Shown in pieces: positions 11,115-23,378 of a stretch of 64,000 bases of DNA. The notes below the pieces were generated by a model that saw only the letters and a program-made list of their open reading frames with translations, had not been told where the DNA came from and did not search any database. Where the stretch lies: assembly GCF_006345805.1 (NCBI RefSeq), contig NC_042997.1:80786001-80850000 (forward strand), written 5' to 3'. The stretch comes from Octopus sinensis (Eukaryota). The position numbers and the translations under genes are program-made. Numbering within the stretch: position 1 is the first letter of the stretch; every line of letters starts with the position of its first letter.

Positions 11115-12408
11115 TGAGTGTATGAAAAGTTTTGAGCCCAACCTAGAAACGGGGCTGCTAGGCAGCTGAAACAATTTTTTCTGGTAACTACAGTCTTTTC
11201 GAAGTATTCTTGCTCATTTTCATGATTCTGATATTGTAATGTTTTTTTGTTACAGATTTTTGAATAAACAAAAAGTGTCGAGGTTACAAGGAAAATGGAG
11301 AAAACTGAGTATCTTGCTGTCATAATGTACCTTCATTTGAAAGGCATGATTCCATCAGAAATCCATGAAGATATGGTGAGAACCTTAACAGACAATGCTC
11401 CTTCATATGCAACAGTCAAACGCTGGGTAATTGAATTCCAGTGTGGCAGGGAGAGTGTAGCAGAGGATCCCACACCAGGAAGGCCTCCAACTGCAACCAC
11501 CGAGGACAACATTGACCTTGCTCTTAGTATGATAATGCAAGCTCGTCGAATATCAGTCACCAGATAGCTGAGAGACTGGGCATCTCAAATGAAAGAGCAG
11601 ACAACATTGTGACAAAAGAACTTGGGTTCTCAAAGGTTTCTGCAATGTGGGTCCCTCGCCTTTTGACTCCTGAACAGAAAAGCACCAGGTGCACATTGTC
11701 CACGAGCAATCTGGAACTGTTTGAAGCTGATGAAAAGAATTTTCTTGCTTGTTTTATTACTATGGACAAAAGTTGGGGTCATCACTACCAGCCTGAAACC
11801 AAAGAACAATCAAAGTAGTGGAAGCACACATATTTTCCTACCCCAAAGAATGCCAGGTCATTCCTTCAGCTAGCAAGGTCATGGCATCAGTTTTTGGGGG
11901 ATTCTCAAGGTGTCTTGCTGATCAATTACCTTGAAATGGGTCACACCATGACAGGGCTGTATTATTCTCAGCTACTGTAATGCCTCCAGGAAGCAATCAA
12001 AGAAAAAAGGCCAGGAATGCTCTCCAGAGGAGTCCTTTTTCATCATGACAATGCTCCAGCCCACACCTCAGTGGCTGCCATGGCAACAATTCGTGATTGT
12101 GGAGACGAACTTGTTCCTCATCTGCTTTATTCACCAGACTTAGCCCCCTCTGACTTTCATCTATTCCCAAAAATGAAAAAGCTCTGGCTGGTTGCCATTT
12201 TGCCACTGACAATGATGTCATAGACACTGTAGGAAGTTTCTTAGAGTCTCAAAAAAAAAGAGTTCCTCTACACTGGGATAATGGCACTTCAGCACCACTG
12301 GAGAAAGTGTTCAGCCATCAAAGGGAACTATATTGAAAAATAAATCCTCAGAAGTTTTGTATTTATGTTTTGTTTTCTTGAGGCTCAAAACTTTTCAGAC
12401 ACCCCTCA
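11115..12408 (+). mobile_element. Full-length mariner transposon (second family), transposase pseudogene 11295-12343
   Basis: TIRs tgag..tgt(a/c)tgaaaagttttgagcc at both ends with TA TSDs. Peptides MEKTEYLAVI, WVPRLL, ITMDKSW, HHDNAPAH, YSPDLAPSDFHLF and KGNYIEK*; stops and frameshifts present. Confidence 0.92.
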
Positions 12409-13233
12409 TATGTACATATATATATACATATCTATCTATCTATACAATGATCCGGTGGTGATGTTGGACTTCCAATTCTTTTCATAGATCCCGTGGTTAC
12501 CGAGATAATCTCTGATAATAATGCTCTTGTGTTTATGAATGAGAAAGGAAGGGGTGATGGCATAGTTTTTTTCATAGTTTCCATTGTTACTGAGATAATC
12601 TCCTATAATAATACTATTGTGTTTATGAATGAGAAACGTAGGGGTGATACATGAATGAGGAAGGAAGAGGTGATGTCAGCATTTCAACACTGTGTGAATA
12701 TATGTGTGTGTATGTAAAAGGAAGGTATGTGAATATGTGTGTGTGTACGCACACATGCAATGGAAGTGAGATGGTTAACATTCAATGCTGGAAAGAAAAA
12801 TTCAACAGCGTTTCAACTCTGTGTATTTGGTATGTTTCACTCGAGTACAATCTGTTCTCTATAAAGGTATGTGTCTGTTTTTTGTTGATAGCAAGTAATT
12901 TCTTTGGTACTTCTCTGCAAAATTTTATTTAGCGTCATTATTATTAAATTTATGCATTTCTAATCAATTTGGAGAGATTTGCTATTGAGTTGCAGATTTT
13001 TTACATTGCATTTGGTGATTATTTGCTTTATTTCTCGAGCAAAATTTACAACTTACAATAAAAGACCAAAATTATTATTTCATTCAAAAATTGATGAGTT
13101 TTGTTTTTAGTGATGACTTGAAATGGCAAATATTTTTTCTAACTGTATTTGCATAAAAAAACATACTTTTCTTTATATTTAGCAATTCTTTATAATTTTA
13201 TGATGTGCCTAAATAAAAATCATTGTTATAGAT

Positions 13234-13437
13234 CAGCATTTCTCAACCTTTTTCGCAATTCGGCTTCCCTTGGACATTGAAAAAATTCATTTCGGCTCCC
13301 TTGTGTTAATGAAAAATCTATTTCAGCTCCCCATGTATCCGAGATAGACCAGCCAGCCCATGACAAATCTGACGAAAAGGGTGGGGTCAGAAAATTTTCA
13401 TACAGCTGGAGGCTCCAACTGAATTAGGGGAGCCAAA
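13234..13437 (+). mobile_element. Possible hAT/Charlie-type terminus (one end only)
   Basis: Begins CAGCATTTCTCAACC, which resembles hAT-Charlie ends; the partner TIR was not found. Confidence 0.35.
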
Positions 13438-13457
13438 ATGATATGGTTGAGAAAAGC

Positions 13458-13662
13458 TACTCCTGAGTTCCTTAACTCCAAAACACCTGCAGGACTACCA
13501 CCTCACGAACTGCATTTGAAGGTTGGTGCACCAGTCATGCTGCTAAGGAATTCAGATGCTCCAATAATGTGCAATGGTACGTGGATGATTATCAAAAAAT
13601 TGTGCTCCCAAGTTCTGCAGGCAACCATCTTGAATGGAGCCTGCCACTGGCAAAGACATACT
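13458..13662 (+). pseudogene. Helitron PIF1-like helicase fragment
   Basis: PEFLNSKTPAGLPPHELHLKVGAPVMLLRNSDAPIMCNGT matches the Helitron EFLNS..SGLPPH.L.LKVGAP.MLLRN...LCNGT motif. Confidence 0.85.
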
Positions 13663-13666
13663 TATA

Positions 13667-14086
13667 TGCTGATAACAGACTTTTAAATCGTCAATTTCCA
13701 TATATTATTTACTCGCCACAGAAAACACGTAGAGCTGAAATCGAGGAAAGCTGGCCAAAAGAATTTTTTTTTTAAATACGAAAAGACATAAATGAAATAC
13801 TTACAAGCACCCATGGAAAAAAGCCGAAACAAAAATCATGAGTACATATAAGTACCCCAGATATATCTAAATATAAAATCTTTTGGTCAGCCTCAGCACA
13901 CGTGTGAACTACAGCTTATAGTGGAAAAAATCTATTATGAGATTAATTCCGAAATTGATTCAATATAGAAATAACAAATTTAAAAAAAAAAATTCTTTTG
14001 GCCAGCTTTCCTCAATTTCAGCTCTACATGTTTTCTGTGGTGAGTAAATTATATGTAGAAATTGACGATTTAATCTGTTATCAGCA
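13667..14086. mobile_element. TA-flanked MITE with ~110-bp TIRs
   Basis: tgctgataacaga..ttaaatcgtcaatttc...gaggaaagctggccaaaagaatttttt is mirrored at ~13977-14086, with TA on both sides. Confidence 0.8.
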
Positions 14087-14159
14087 TATTGGCATTGAAA
14101 TAATTTTCTTTAGCCCTTGTTTATAAGTTGTATATATATATATATATATATGTATACAT

Positions 14160-14940
14160 GAGACCATAGCCCATGACCTATGCCAGTGGGTGTAACCAGC
14201 CCACTGGCATGGATACCCCTCATTCATTAGACAATAAACTAGGCTTGTGATAACCTATTGAGGCAAATGAAATCAAAGTTGCTGACATGGCCGATGACAG
14301 TACCGCATGATTGGTACTCATGCCAGTGCAATGTTAAAAGCACATCTGAAAGTGGGGTGTAACCGGCCCACTTATGAGTGCCCCTTATTCATCGGACAGT
14401 GAACTTTGCTTGCGAAGACCTATTGAGACAAGAGTAAACAAATCAAAATCACTGACCTGGCCGACAACAGTACCGCCTGATTGGCACCCGTGCCAGGGGA
14501 ACGTTGAAAGCACATCTGAATGTGATCATTGCCAGGTCCATGGATTGGCTCCCATGCCAGTGACATGTGAAAAGCACCATTTGAGTGTGATCGTTGCCAG
14601 CACTGCCTTACCGGCACATGTGCTAGTGGCACGTGAAAAACAACATTCAAGCATGGCTGTTGCTAGTACTGCTGGACTGGCTCCCGTGCACATAACATGT
14701 AAAAACACCTTTTGAGTGTGGTCGTTGCCAGAACCACCTGACTGACCCTCGTACCAGTGGCATGTAAAAGCAACCACTACACTCTCGGAGTGGTTGGTGT
14801 TAGGAAGGGCATCCAGCTGCGGAAACTTTGCCAGATCAGATTAAGCCTTGTGCAGCCTCTAGCTCACCAGTCCTCAGTCAAACCGTTCAACCCATGCCAG
14901 CATGGAAAGCAGACATTAAATGATGATGATGATGATGATA
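14160..14940 (+). mobile_element. RTE-type 3'UTR (VNTR-containing) ending in (GAT)n
   Basis: Internal gtgcc..ggcac repeats, then ttaggaagggcatccagctg...ccatgccagcatggaaagcagacattaaa(tga)n. Confidence 0.8.
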
Positions 14941-14961
14941 TACATATATATATATATATAT

Positions 14962-17900
14962 CTTTTTTTTCTTTGTAGTTTCAGCTCAGTGCCGTGGCCA
15001 TGCTGGAGCCTTGCCGTTTTGCTACACTGAGAGCCTCTATATGTGACACTTGGTGAAGAATGGAATTTGATGTAGCTACACTCATTTGCATCTCTTGCCA
15101 TGAGCTAGGTTCATCTGGGACTCTCGATGGGAAGAGGTCTAGTTTTGATTTAAAAACACCTATATCTACTCTGTGCAGGTTCCTCAGGCTCTTTGAGAAA
15201 ATACTAAAAAGCTGTGAACCCCTGAAACCCAGGCTGTTGCAGTAACTGGTCCTGAAGCACGATGGCATTGCTGGGATCTTTGACACTGTGCAGTGTCGAC
15301 CCATTCTGGTACTGGTGTAATTTTCAATGCCAAAATTTGGCGCAATTCCTTTCAGGATCTTCCAGGTGTATATTACTACATACCTCTCCTACCTTTGCTC
15401 CAGGGAGCAGTGTCTTAGCTGTTTCAACCTTTCTCAGTAGCTGAGCTGTTTCAAAGAGACAATCTTCTTTGTGAAGCTTCACTGGATTGCTTCAAGGTCC
15501 ACTGTTATTATCCTCAGCCCATCTGTAAATTGAGTCCAACTCCTGCTGCAAATGTGCAACATTGCTGGGGTTCTGTATTTTCTGTGAGACTTTCATATCA
15601 TCTGTGTAGCTAGCAAGGGTGGCTATCTGGGCAGTTGAAGGCATATCTGAGAGGGCCACTATGAAAAGCAGTGGTCCCAAGACAGTGCTACTGCTGCCTG
15701 ACTTCTATTTTTCAGAAAGTCATGTAACCACTCTCCAAGTTTTCCAGCTATGCCAAGATCACACAGTTTGTGGCATCACCATCCTCCTTGTCAAAAGCTT
15801 TTGCAAAATCAAGGTATATTACGTCCACATTTGATTTGTTGAGTAACTGCCTCAATATCCAGTTTTAATGTTGTAAGAGCTGGGTCAGGCAGCTCCTACC
15901 TGGTCGAAAGCCATGCTGGGTATCACTCAGCAAGCTATTTTCTTCAAGGAATGCGATTAGTTTCCCTCTAACTATCTGTTCCATGACTTTGCTGATGTGT
16001 GAAGTCAGAGAGATAGGCCTATAGTTTTTGGTATCTGCTCTGCTTCTCCCTTTATGGATTGGGCATATTATTCCCTCCTTCGGTTTGCTTGGCAGTCTGC
16101 TATTTGCAAGAAAACTCTTGAAGAGAATCGGGGGGAGGAGTGCCAGGGCATGCTTACACAATTTGAGGAGGATTGCTGGGAAACCATCAGGACCAGCAGT
16201 TGAGTTTGTGTCCACTTCATCTATGGCTTGTAGTATATCTTCTTCACTAATGTTGATGTATTCCATTGTAACTGCCTTGCTTGTTATAGGTGAGGTGGCA
16301 AAGAAATCCACTGGTTTGGTCACTTGCCTGTGTTCTAACAGGGTGGTAAAGACACTTTGAACTGGTTATTCAGTACCTCACTGATCCTGGTTGGACTGTC
16401 TGTGAGGGAGCCATCCTTTTGGAAGAGGGGTCCTATCTTGCAGCGTACTGACGCTGTTTCTTTCACATAATGGAAGAAGGCCTTTGGGTTTGACTTAATA
16501 TTTTTTATAACCCAGGTTTCTTTGTCTGCTCTCTCCCTCACATAGGATTGTTGCAGGCTTTTTTCAATCTTCATCCCTGTTGTTTTTAGGCAGGACCTTT
16601 TGCTACTTTTGTGATGTTGGTTGAGGTGATTTGCAACCTTTGTCCATTGTCTCATGAGGATCTTCCTCTCCTTTGGAATCTTGTTCCTATTTGTTTTGGT
16701 CTTGTGCTCTGGGACATATTTCTGGCATATGGCTTGTATAACAGACATGACATATTCTAGTTTCATGTCAATGTCTGGTGTGGCGAGACATTTCAGCCAA
16801 TCCTGTCTGAGGATCTCTTTTTGGATTGATTTCCAGTCTGCTTTGTGGAAGTTCAGATTGGAGAAATTTCAGGTGCTTCCTTTAGGTTGTATGTCTCTGG
16901 CTACTTTCAGCCCAAACATAGACAGCTCTATTATGTTGTGATCTAAGATTTAGGTCAGCATCACTTTCACATCATGAACAATGTCCATATTGTTTGTGAA
17001 GCAGAGATCTAAAATGCTTTTCACTCTAGTTGGTCTGAATACAACTTGCTAAATGAATAGGTCATTGGTGAGGTTGAGCAGAGACTCCACCTGTGCTTGT
17101 TTGCAATGAGTCATTCCTGAGAGCATGAGGCCTTCGGGCCATTTGACATTGGGGAAGTTGAAGTCACTCACGTGGTGTTCCAGTTTCATGAGGATTTCTT
17201 TAATTTTTGTGAGGCAATCTTCAAACTTGCCTATGTGGTTTGGAGCATCCGGTGGGCAATATGTATTGCATGTGACTATATTGTGTTGTCTTATGTATAC
17301 AATTAGAGTGTCACATATTGAATTTGAGTATGATTGGGGTGTGAGGTCATCACAGATGTATACAGCAACTCCACCATGGCTCCTTTCCCATCTGTCTTTT
17401 CATAGTATGGTATATTTTGGTACATGTACTTTTGCATCTTCTATATCAGTGCTATGCATAGGGCTTGATTGCATGCAGCAAGGTCTCTCATGAAAAATAT
17501 TGTGCTTCTATTATGATGAAACAGGCCCCCAATATTTAGTAAAAATATTGGCATGATGACTGTGCAGGCATTAGCGGAGGCCATCCCATGACTGTTGATT
17601 GTGGTGGTCTTGCGCAGCAGTGGGCAAGGTTCCTTGTTTGCGCTTGATGTAGCCAGGTCAGCTGCTGCACAGTCTTTAGTGCCATGCACAACAAAGACTC
17701 TTGCTCAGCTGCTGCCTTGCACATAACCTTTAAAGAGCGCACTTTTATGCAAATCTTTTCTTTGGAGACGATTGGTATCTTTCCTCAGGGAAGTTTTTCT
17801 CCTTAAGGTCCCTGTAGTTTTGGCAGATGAGCAAACTGGCAATTTTTACCGTCTTCCCCATGCCAACATTTGCCTTGCAGGTAAAATTTGCAGGTCCTTG

Positions 17901-19225
17901 AGTGCCCTCCAAATTTCTTCTCTCCTCTAGGGTTTTGGATTGCATTGAATCCTCCATGTTTGAGTTTCCTGTTTTTTGTTTGGTGGGTTGGGGTTTTGGT
18001 TATTTAATTTTTGCCTTTTCCTCTTTCTCGCCTTCCTTCTTTATGTTTGTGCTTGTGTTCTGGGGTGAGCGCTCCATTCCTTTGTAGGACCACTGGCATA
18101 GAGGGGCTTCTGGTTGCTGCTTCCTTGGCTTCCCTAGCCTGGTCGTTCACAGGGATGGGGGGGTCCATTTTTTGAGGAACCACTGAATCAAAGAGATTTC
18201 TGGGTTTTGTTTCCTTTTCTCTATCCTTATAGCCTTGCCATAATAGTTTTCCATTATGACATCAAGAATGTCAATGATCGGTCTGATAAGCATATAGGAT
18301 TGGATGAATTCATTTTTCTTCCACTCTATCTGATCAATGGCTCTGCAGAAGCCATTGTTTCTCAGTGTAGCAGTGATGATGTTGTTTGGCTGATCATCGC
18401 TAACAATTATCCATGCTTGCAACAGAAGATTCAATTCTTTTTTCTCCCACTTTGGTGCCATCTTCGTTTTTTAAGTCCAAGGGTGGGGAGTAGAAGATAG
18501 AGAGGAAGTGAGAGAGAGGTAGGTAGAAAAGAAGAAACACAGAGGGGGAGGAATAGGAAAAGAGAGAGGGAGACATGAAGGAAAGAGAGAGGGTGATATG
18601 AAGGAAAGAGAAAGGGGATGTGGGAGTGTTAGCGAGACACAGGGAGGCAGAGGAGGGGGAGAGAAAGAGAGATAGAGTGAGGGAGAGACAGGAAAGGATA
18701 AAGGATGTGAGGGAGAGAGAGAAACAGAGTGAGAAGAGGGGGAAAATGAGAATTATATAAGGGAGAGGGTGAGGTAACAGGAAGAAAGGTAGATGTTGAG
18801 AGAGACAAAGGAAGGGAAAGAAAAGTGAGAAAAGGAGGAAGATATGAAAGGAAGGAGAGAGGTGAGAAAAAGAGGAAGATATGGAAGAGAGAAGGAAAGA
18901 GGTAGGTGTAAAAAGAGATAAAGGGAGGGAGAAAGAAGCAAGAAAGAGAGGAATATATGTGAGGGAAAGAAAGAGGAGAGAGGAAGAGAGAGGGGGAGCA
19001 GCTAACAAAGATATGTAGGAAAATGAAAAACAAAATTTATAATTCTAAAAAGGATAAAGTGAAAAAAAGAAACGATAGTCAAAAGAAAGGGGTTTCGTAT
19101 TGATTTCTAAATTTCAAATAGAATGTAAAAGAAGAGGTCGTTGTAAGAAAAGTTCAATGGAAATTTATAGTGAGAAAGAGAAAAAGTTTCAGCGTCAATT
19201 TGCAGAAAGTAAACAAACAGTAAGT
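14962..19225 (-). mobile_element. Near-full-length CR1/L2-type LINE (ORF1 ~17570-18461, ORF2 14981-17554, CT-rich 5'UTR; 5' limit approximate)
   Basis: APE motifs (IFLLNIGGL, HGGVAVYI). RT motifs GPDGFPAILLK, NYRPISLTS, QHGFRPGRSCLTQLL, DFAKAFD, GPLLFIV and YTDD. C-terminal FKSKLD..VPDEP..SNSIL. A-rich tail at 14962-14970; many stops. Confidence 0.9.
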
Positions 19226-19651
19226 CTTAACTCAAATTTTCATCTGGTATTACCAAAGGTAATAATAATAAAATAATAATAATAAAAGAAAATAAACAAA
19301 TGAGAAGGATACTTATTCGCAAGAGGTAAAATTCCAATCCTTGTTCTTGTACGAAGAAGTTTTCTTTCAAAAGCAATTCTTTTTTTCTTACATGTGGCAG
19401 CAAATGAAAGTATGATTTATCACCACATGGTTTTTTCAAGGATAATTCAAGCTTGTGTCACTGATTTTAATGTACTAGACTAAACTTTTAGTGTAATATA
19501 TTGTAATAGACCATTATGAAATAACAAGTACTCTGTATTTGTCAGTTTTAGCAGATTTTTTGTCGATTTAGGGAATCCCTCTTGGTTGTTACAGGAGAAT
19601 GAAAAAGCACATCTTTCCTCAACGAAATCGGGAATATATATATATATATAT

Positions 19652-19845
19652 AATGGTTTGACTGAGTGCTGGTGAGCTAGAAGGCAGCACCAAGCCCCAA
19701 TCTGATCTGGCAAAGTTTCTACAGGATGCCCTTCCTAACGCCAACCATTCCAAGAGTGTAGTAGGTGCTTTTACATGCCGCCGGCATGGAGGCCAGTCTG
19801 GCAGTACTGGCATCACCCATGCTAAAAAATGGTGCTTTTTACTTT
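19652..19845 (-). mobile_element. RTE 3'UTR fragment
   Basis: gatgcccttcctaacgccaacc...gagtgtagtaggtgcttt is the reverse complement of the shared RTE tail. Confidence 0.75.
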
Positions 19846-20839
19846 TGAGTATATACCAAACTTTTACCACAATTGAGGGAGGAAAAGAAATCATCCAGAA
19901 ATAGTTTAACATTTATACATATTTTACACTTAAATACTAACTCATCAAATGGTATCTAAATTTCTATCCTTGATATCATCAGATACTAACTCATTAGATG
20001 GTATCATAAATTTCTATCCTTTTGTTATAATATTCTTCTTAATAATCCTTTGAATAACCCTAGACTTTAACTGTATACAATATAGCAACATTGTTTAAAA
20101 TATTTAACTATAGTACTACATGATAAGACATCCCCTGTTTCATTATCAATGGTCTGCTAGTGAGTAGCCCCCTTAATTATCAGCTAACATCTTGTTTTAA
20201 GTTTTCCTTTACCAAACCTCATGATATTGCTTCTAATAAATCTTGATTTTTATGACTATACCAACTATGATGTCTGTCTGCTCCCTCAGCCCTACCCCTA
20301 ACAGATACTGCACTCTGTTCTCTCAGCCTTAGATATACAAGGGATTTGATAAACTAATCTATAAATCAAAACTGACCTCATAAAAACAAAAAAATCAGTG
20401 AAAGGCAGAATCTGTAACAATGTATATCTTCTTGAAAATTCAGTAACTTCTAAACTGGAGTGAGACAGCATGCTTTTTGTCTATCTCTTTAACTTCTTGG
20501 AGATTTTAGGTATAATTATACTAATGTGTCCATCTGTTCTAATTTAATTAAATTCTGTGTCTTTGAAGCAGCTGAAGATTGCTCTGCATTTTAAATTGAT
20601 GTAATGATTGCATTATTCAATTAAAAGGAGTTACATGAAACGATTGTACTGCATTACTTCTGGGTATCCTTGTTGCTTATTTTGATATATATATATATAT
20701 AAATGTATCTCTATATTTATATATATTGAAATATATATGTATATCTATATATAATGATATATATATATATATAATGATATGTATATAAATACATGTATAT
20801 ATTTATATATATAGAAATATATATATATGTAGAAATATA

Positions 20840-20889
<50 letters not shown>

Positions 20890-20894
<5 letters not shown>

Positions 20895-21392
20895 TCTAGT
20901 TGTGTGAGTGTCTGTCCCCTTCGGTTTAGTTTCCTAACTCCTCCCACATTTTGCGGTGCAGTTTAACCAAATTCGGGTATCTTATAGTCGTGATTAATAT
21001 CAAGCCCGTCTGGCTATTAGCGCGCATCTACGATGAGTCTACGATTTTTAAAATAATTTAACATCATTTTTTATTCCATTTTAATGCATAATTTTTCGTG
21101 TGTCGATGACGGCGGAGTTGGCGTCCACGCTCAAACACCTGCACCTGTGTTTGCTTCTCCCCCTTCTTCCCTCCCTCGTGAAGCTGTGGGGAAGGGAGTG
21201 TAAGGAAATCAACGTCGTAAAGCGTTGTCAAGGAGACCAGCGTTCTTTTAGAACGACTTCATGGCTTGAAGACACCAAAACAGAAATGGCTAAGAAAGAC
21301 CGAATTGGTATCTATAAGGGAAGTAAGTCTCTAAAAATGCTTATATAGTTATTTCCCTTACAAACCCGAGCAACGCCGGGCGATACTGCTAG
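20890..21392 (+). mobile_element. Non-autonomous Helitron
   Basis: The 3' hairpin cccgagcaacgccggg is followed by CTAG|T (21389-21393). The 5' end emerges from (TA)n as tatataaaactctagttgtgtgagtgtctgtc. Confidence 0.8.
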
Positions 21393-21499
21393 TATATATA
21401 TATATATTGAAATATATAGAATATATAATGATATATATATTTATATATATAGAAATATATATACACATATATTTATATATATTTAGATATATATAGATA

Positions 21500-21822
21500 C
21501 TAGCAGTATCGCCCGGCGTTGCTCGGTTAAGTAAGGGAAATAACTATATAAGCATTTTTAGAGAGTTATAGCAAAAAATGCATTAAAAATGGAATAAAAA
21601 GTGATGGTAATTTTTTTTTTAAATCGTTGACTCAGTGTCTTCAAGCCATGATATTTATGATTGATCTTTCTAAATATGTTATTTCTCAACTTACTCAAGA
21701 TCTTTTGTTGTTTATGAATGGGAGAGGGATAGATAAAGATAGAGAGTAAGAGAAAGCGAGGGAGAGTCCGAGAGAAAGAAAAGTAAGAGAGTGGGAAAGT
21801 GAGAGAGAAACAAAGAGGGAGA
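21500..21822 (-). mobile_element. Non-autonomous Helitron, 5'-truncated, tail-to-tail with the previous copy
   Basis: ctagcagtatcgcccggcgttgctcgg is the reverse complement of the 3' terminus at 21366-21392. Its internal GA-rich segment recurs at ~26015-26215. Confidence 0.75.
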
Positions 21823-22122
21823 ATCATCATTGTTTAATGTCCGTTTTCCGTGCTAGCACGGGTTGGACAGTTTGACCGGGGTGTGGGAAGCCAGGAGGCT
21901 GCACCAGGCTCCAGTCTGATCTGGCAGTGTTTCTACAAGTGGATGACCTTCCTAACGCCAACCACTCTGTGAGTGTAGTGGGTGCTTTTTGCGTGCCGCT
22001 GGCACAGGTGCCAGGGGAGGCCTGGCAGCGGCAACGATCGGTTGGTGCTTTTATACGTGCCACCGGCACAGAAGCCAGTCAAGGCGGCGCTGCAATCGGC
22101 CACGTTCATCGATTTTGATTTG
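21823..22122 (-). mobile_element. RTE 3'UTR copy starting at the (CAAAT)n microsatellite
   Basis: Shared tail motif on the minus strand; the 5' end reads caaatcaaaatcgatgaac. Confidence 0.8.
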
Positions 22123-22140
22123 ATATATATATATATTATA

Positions 22141-22215
<75 letters not shown>

Positions 22216-22221
22216 TATATA

Positions 22222-22449
22222 CTTTATTTTAAGCAGCAGAAAATTCAACAAAATCTGTTACTCTGAGTTTCTCGTTGCCGTTCATCAGACAGTTTTTGCT
22301 AGAATGGAACTGATATATCAATTCAATCTATACTCTTACAAATGCTACACCCTTATATCAGTTCCATTCTAGCAAAAACTGTCTGATGAACGGCAACGAG
22401 AAACTCAGAGTAACAGATTTTGTTGAATTTTCTGCTGCTTAAAATAAAG
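22222..22449. mobile_element. Perfect 96-bp inverted repeat (36-bp spacer) with a hammerhead in each arm; Penelope-like element continuing to ~22520
   Basis: 22222-22317 is the exact reverse complement of 22354-22449; flanked by (TA)n on both sides. Confidence 0.85.
22374..22421 (+). ncRNA. Type I hammerhead ribozyme, intact core (mirror copy on the minus strand at ~22250-22297)
   Basis: aaaaaCTGT CTGATGA a CG-GCAA-CG a GAAAC TCAGA GTA ACAG-a-tttt. Stem I is ctgt/acag plus aaaa/tttt, and the GUA triplet lies at 22410-22412. Confidence 0.75.
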
Positions 22450-22518
22450 CATATTACTCTACCACTGGTATTTGAGTACTCTTTTTTCCACCTTGTTTCA
22501 CATTTATGTGTTTACTCC

Positions 22519-22558
<40 letters not shown>

Positions 22559-22643
22559 TATATTATATACATATATATATATATATCATATATATATATA
22601 ATACATATATATATATCTATATATATAATATATATATATACAC

Positions 22644-22691
<48 letters not shown>

Positions 22692-22846
22692 TACATGTAT
22701 ATACATATATATACATATATATATATATACATATATATACATATATATATCTATATATATAATATATATATATATCTACATATATATATATCTATGTACA
22801 ATATAATATATATATAAATTTATATATCTATATATATATTTGAATA

Positions 22847-22886
<40 letters not shown>

Positions 22887-22888
<2 letters not shown>

Positions 22889-23378
22889 AATCAAAATCGA
22901 TGAACATTAATGGAATATGTAGTTTTGTGGTACCAGTGCCGGTGGCACATAAGAAAACCACCCGAACGTGGCCATAGCCAGTACCGCATCGACTGGCCTC
23001 CGTGCTGGTGGCACGTAAAAAACACCATCCGATCGTGGCCGTGCCAGCCTCGCCTGGCCTCCGTGCTGGTGGCATGTAAAAAACACTATCCGATCGTGGC
23101 CGTGCCAGCCTCGCCTCGCCTTCGTGCCGGTGGCACGTAAAAAACACCATCCAAGCGTGGCCGTTCGCCAGCCTCGTCTGGCACCTGTGTCGGTGGCACA
23201 TAAAAGGCACCCACTACACTTACGGAGTTGTTGGCATTAGGAAGGGCATCCAGCTGTAGAAACACTGCCAGATCTGACTGGCCTGGTGCAGCCTTCGGGC
23301 TTCCCAGACCCCAGTTGAACCGTCCAACCCATGCTTGCATGGAAAGCAGACGTTAAACGATGATGATGATGATGATGA
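22887..23378 (+). mobile_element. RTE 3'UTR copy with ~55-bp VNTR units and a (GAT)n tail
   Basis: Starts caaatcaaaatcgatgaac, contains repeated cgtgc(t/c)ggtggcacgtaaaaaacaccatcc units, and ends ggaaagcagacgttaaacgatgatgat. Confidence 0.85.

Noticed and set aside
18400-19033. 202-aa and 134-aa Leu/Ser/Phe-rich ORFs
   Set aside because: They are read from the CT-rich low-complexity 5'UTR of the LINE and have no domain features.
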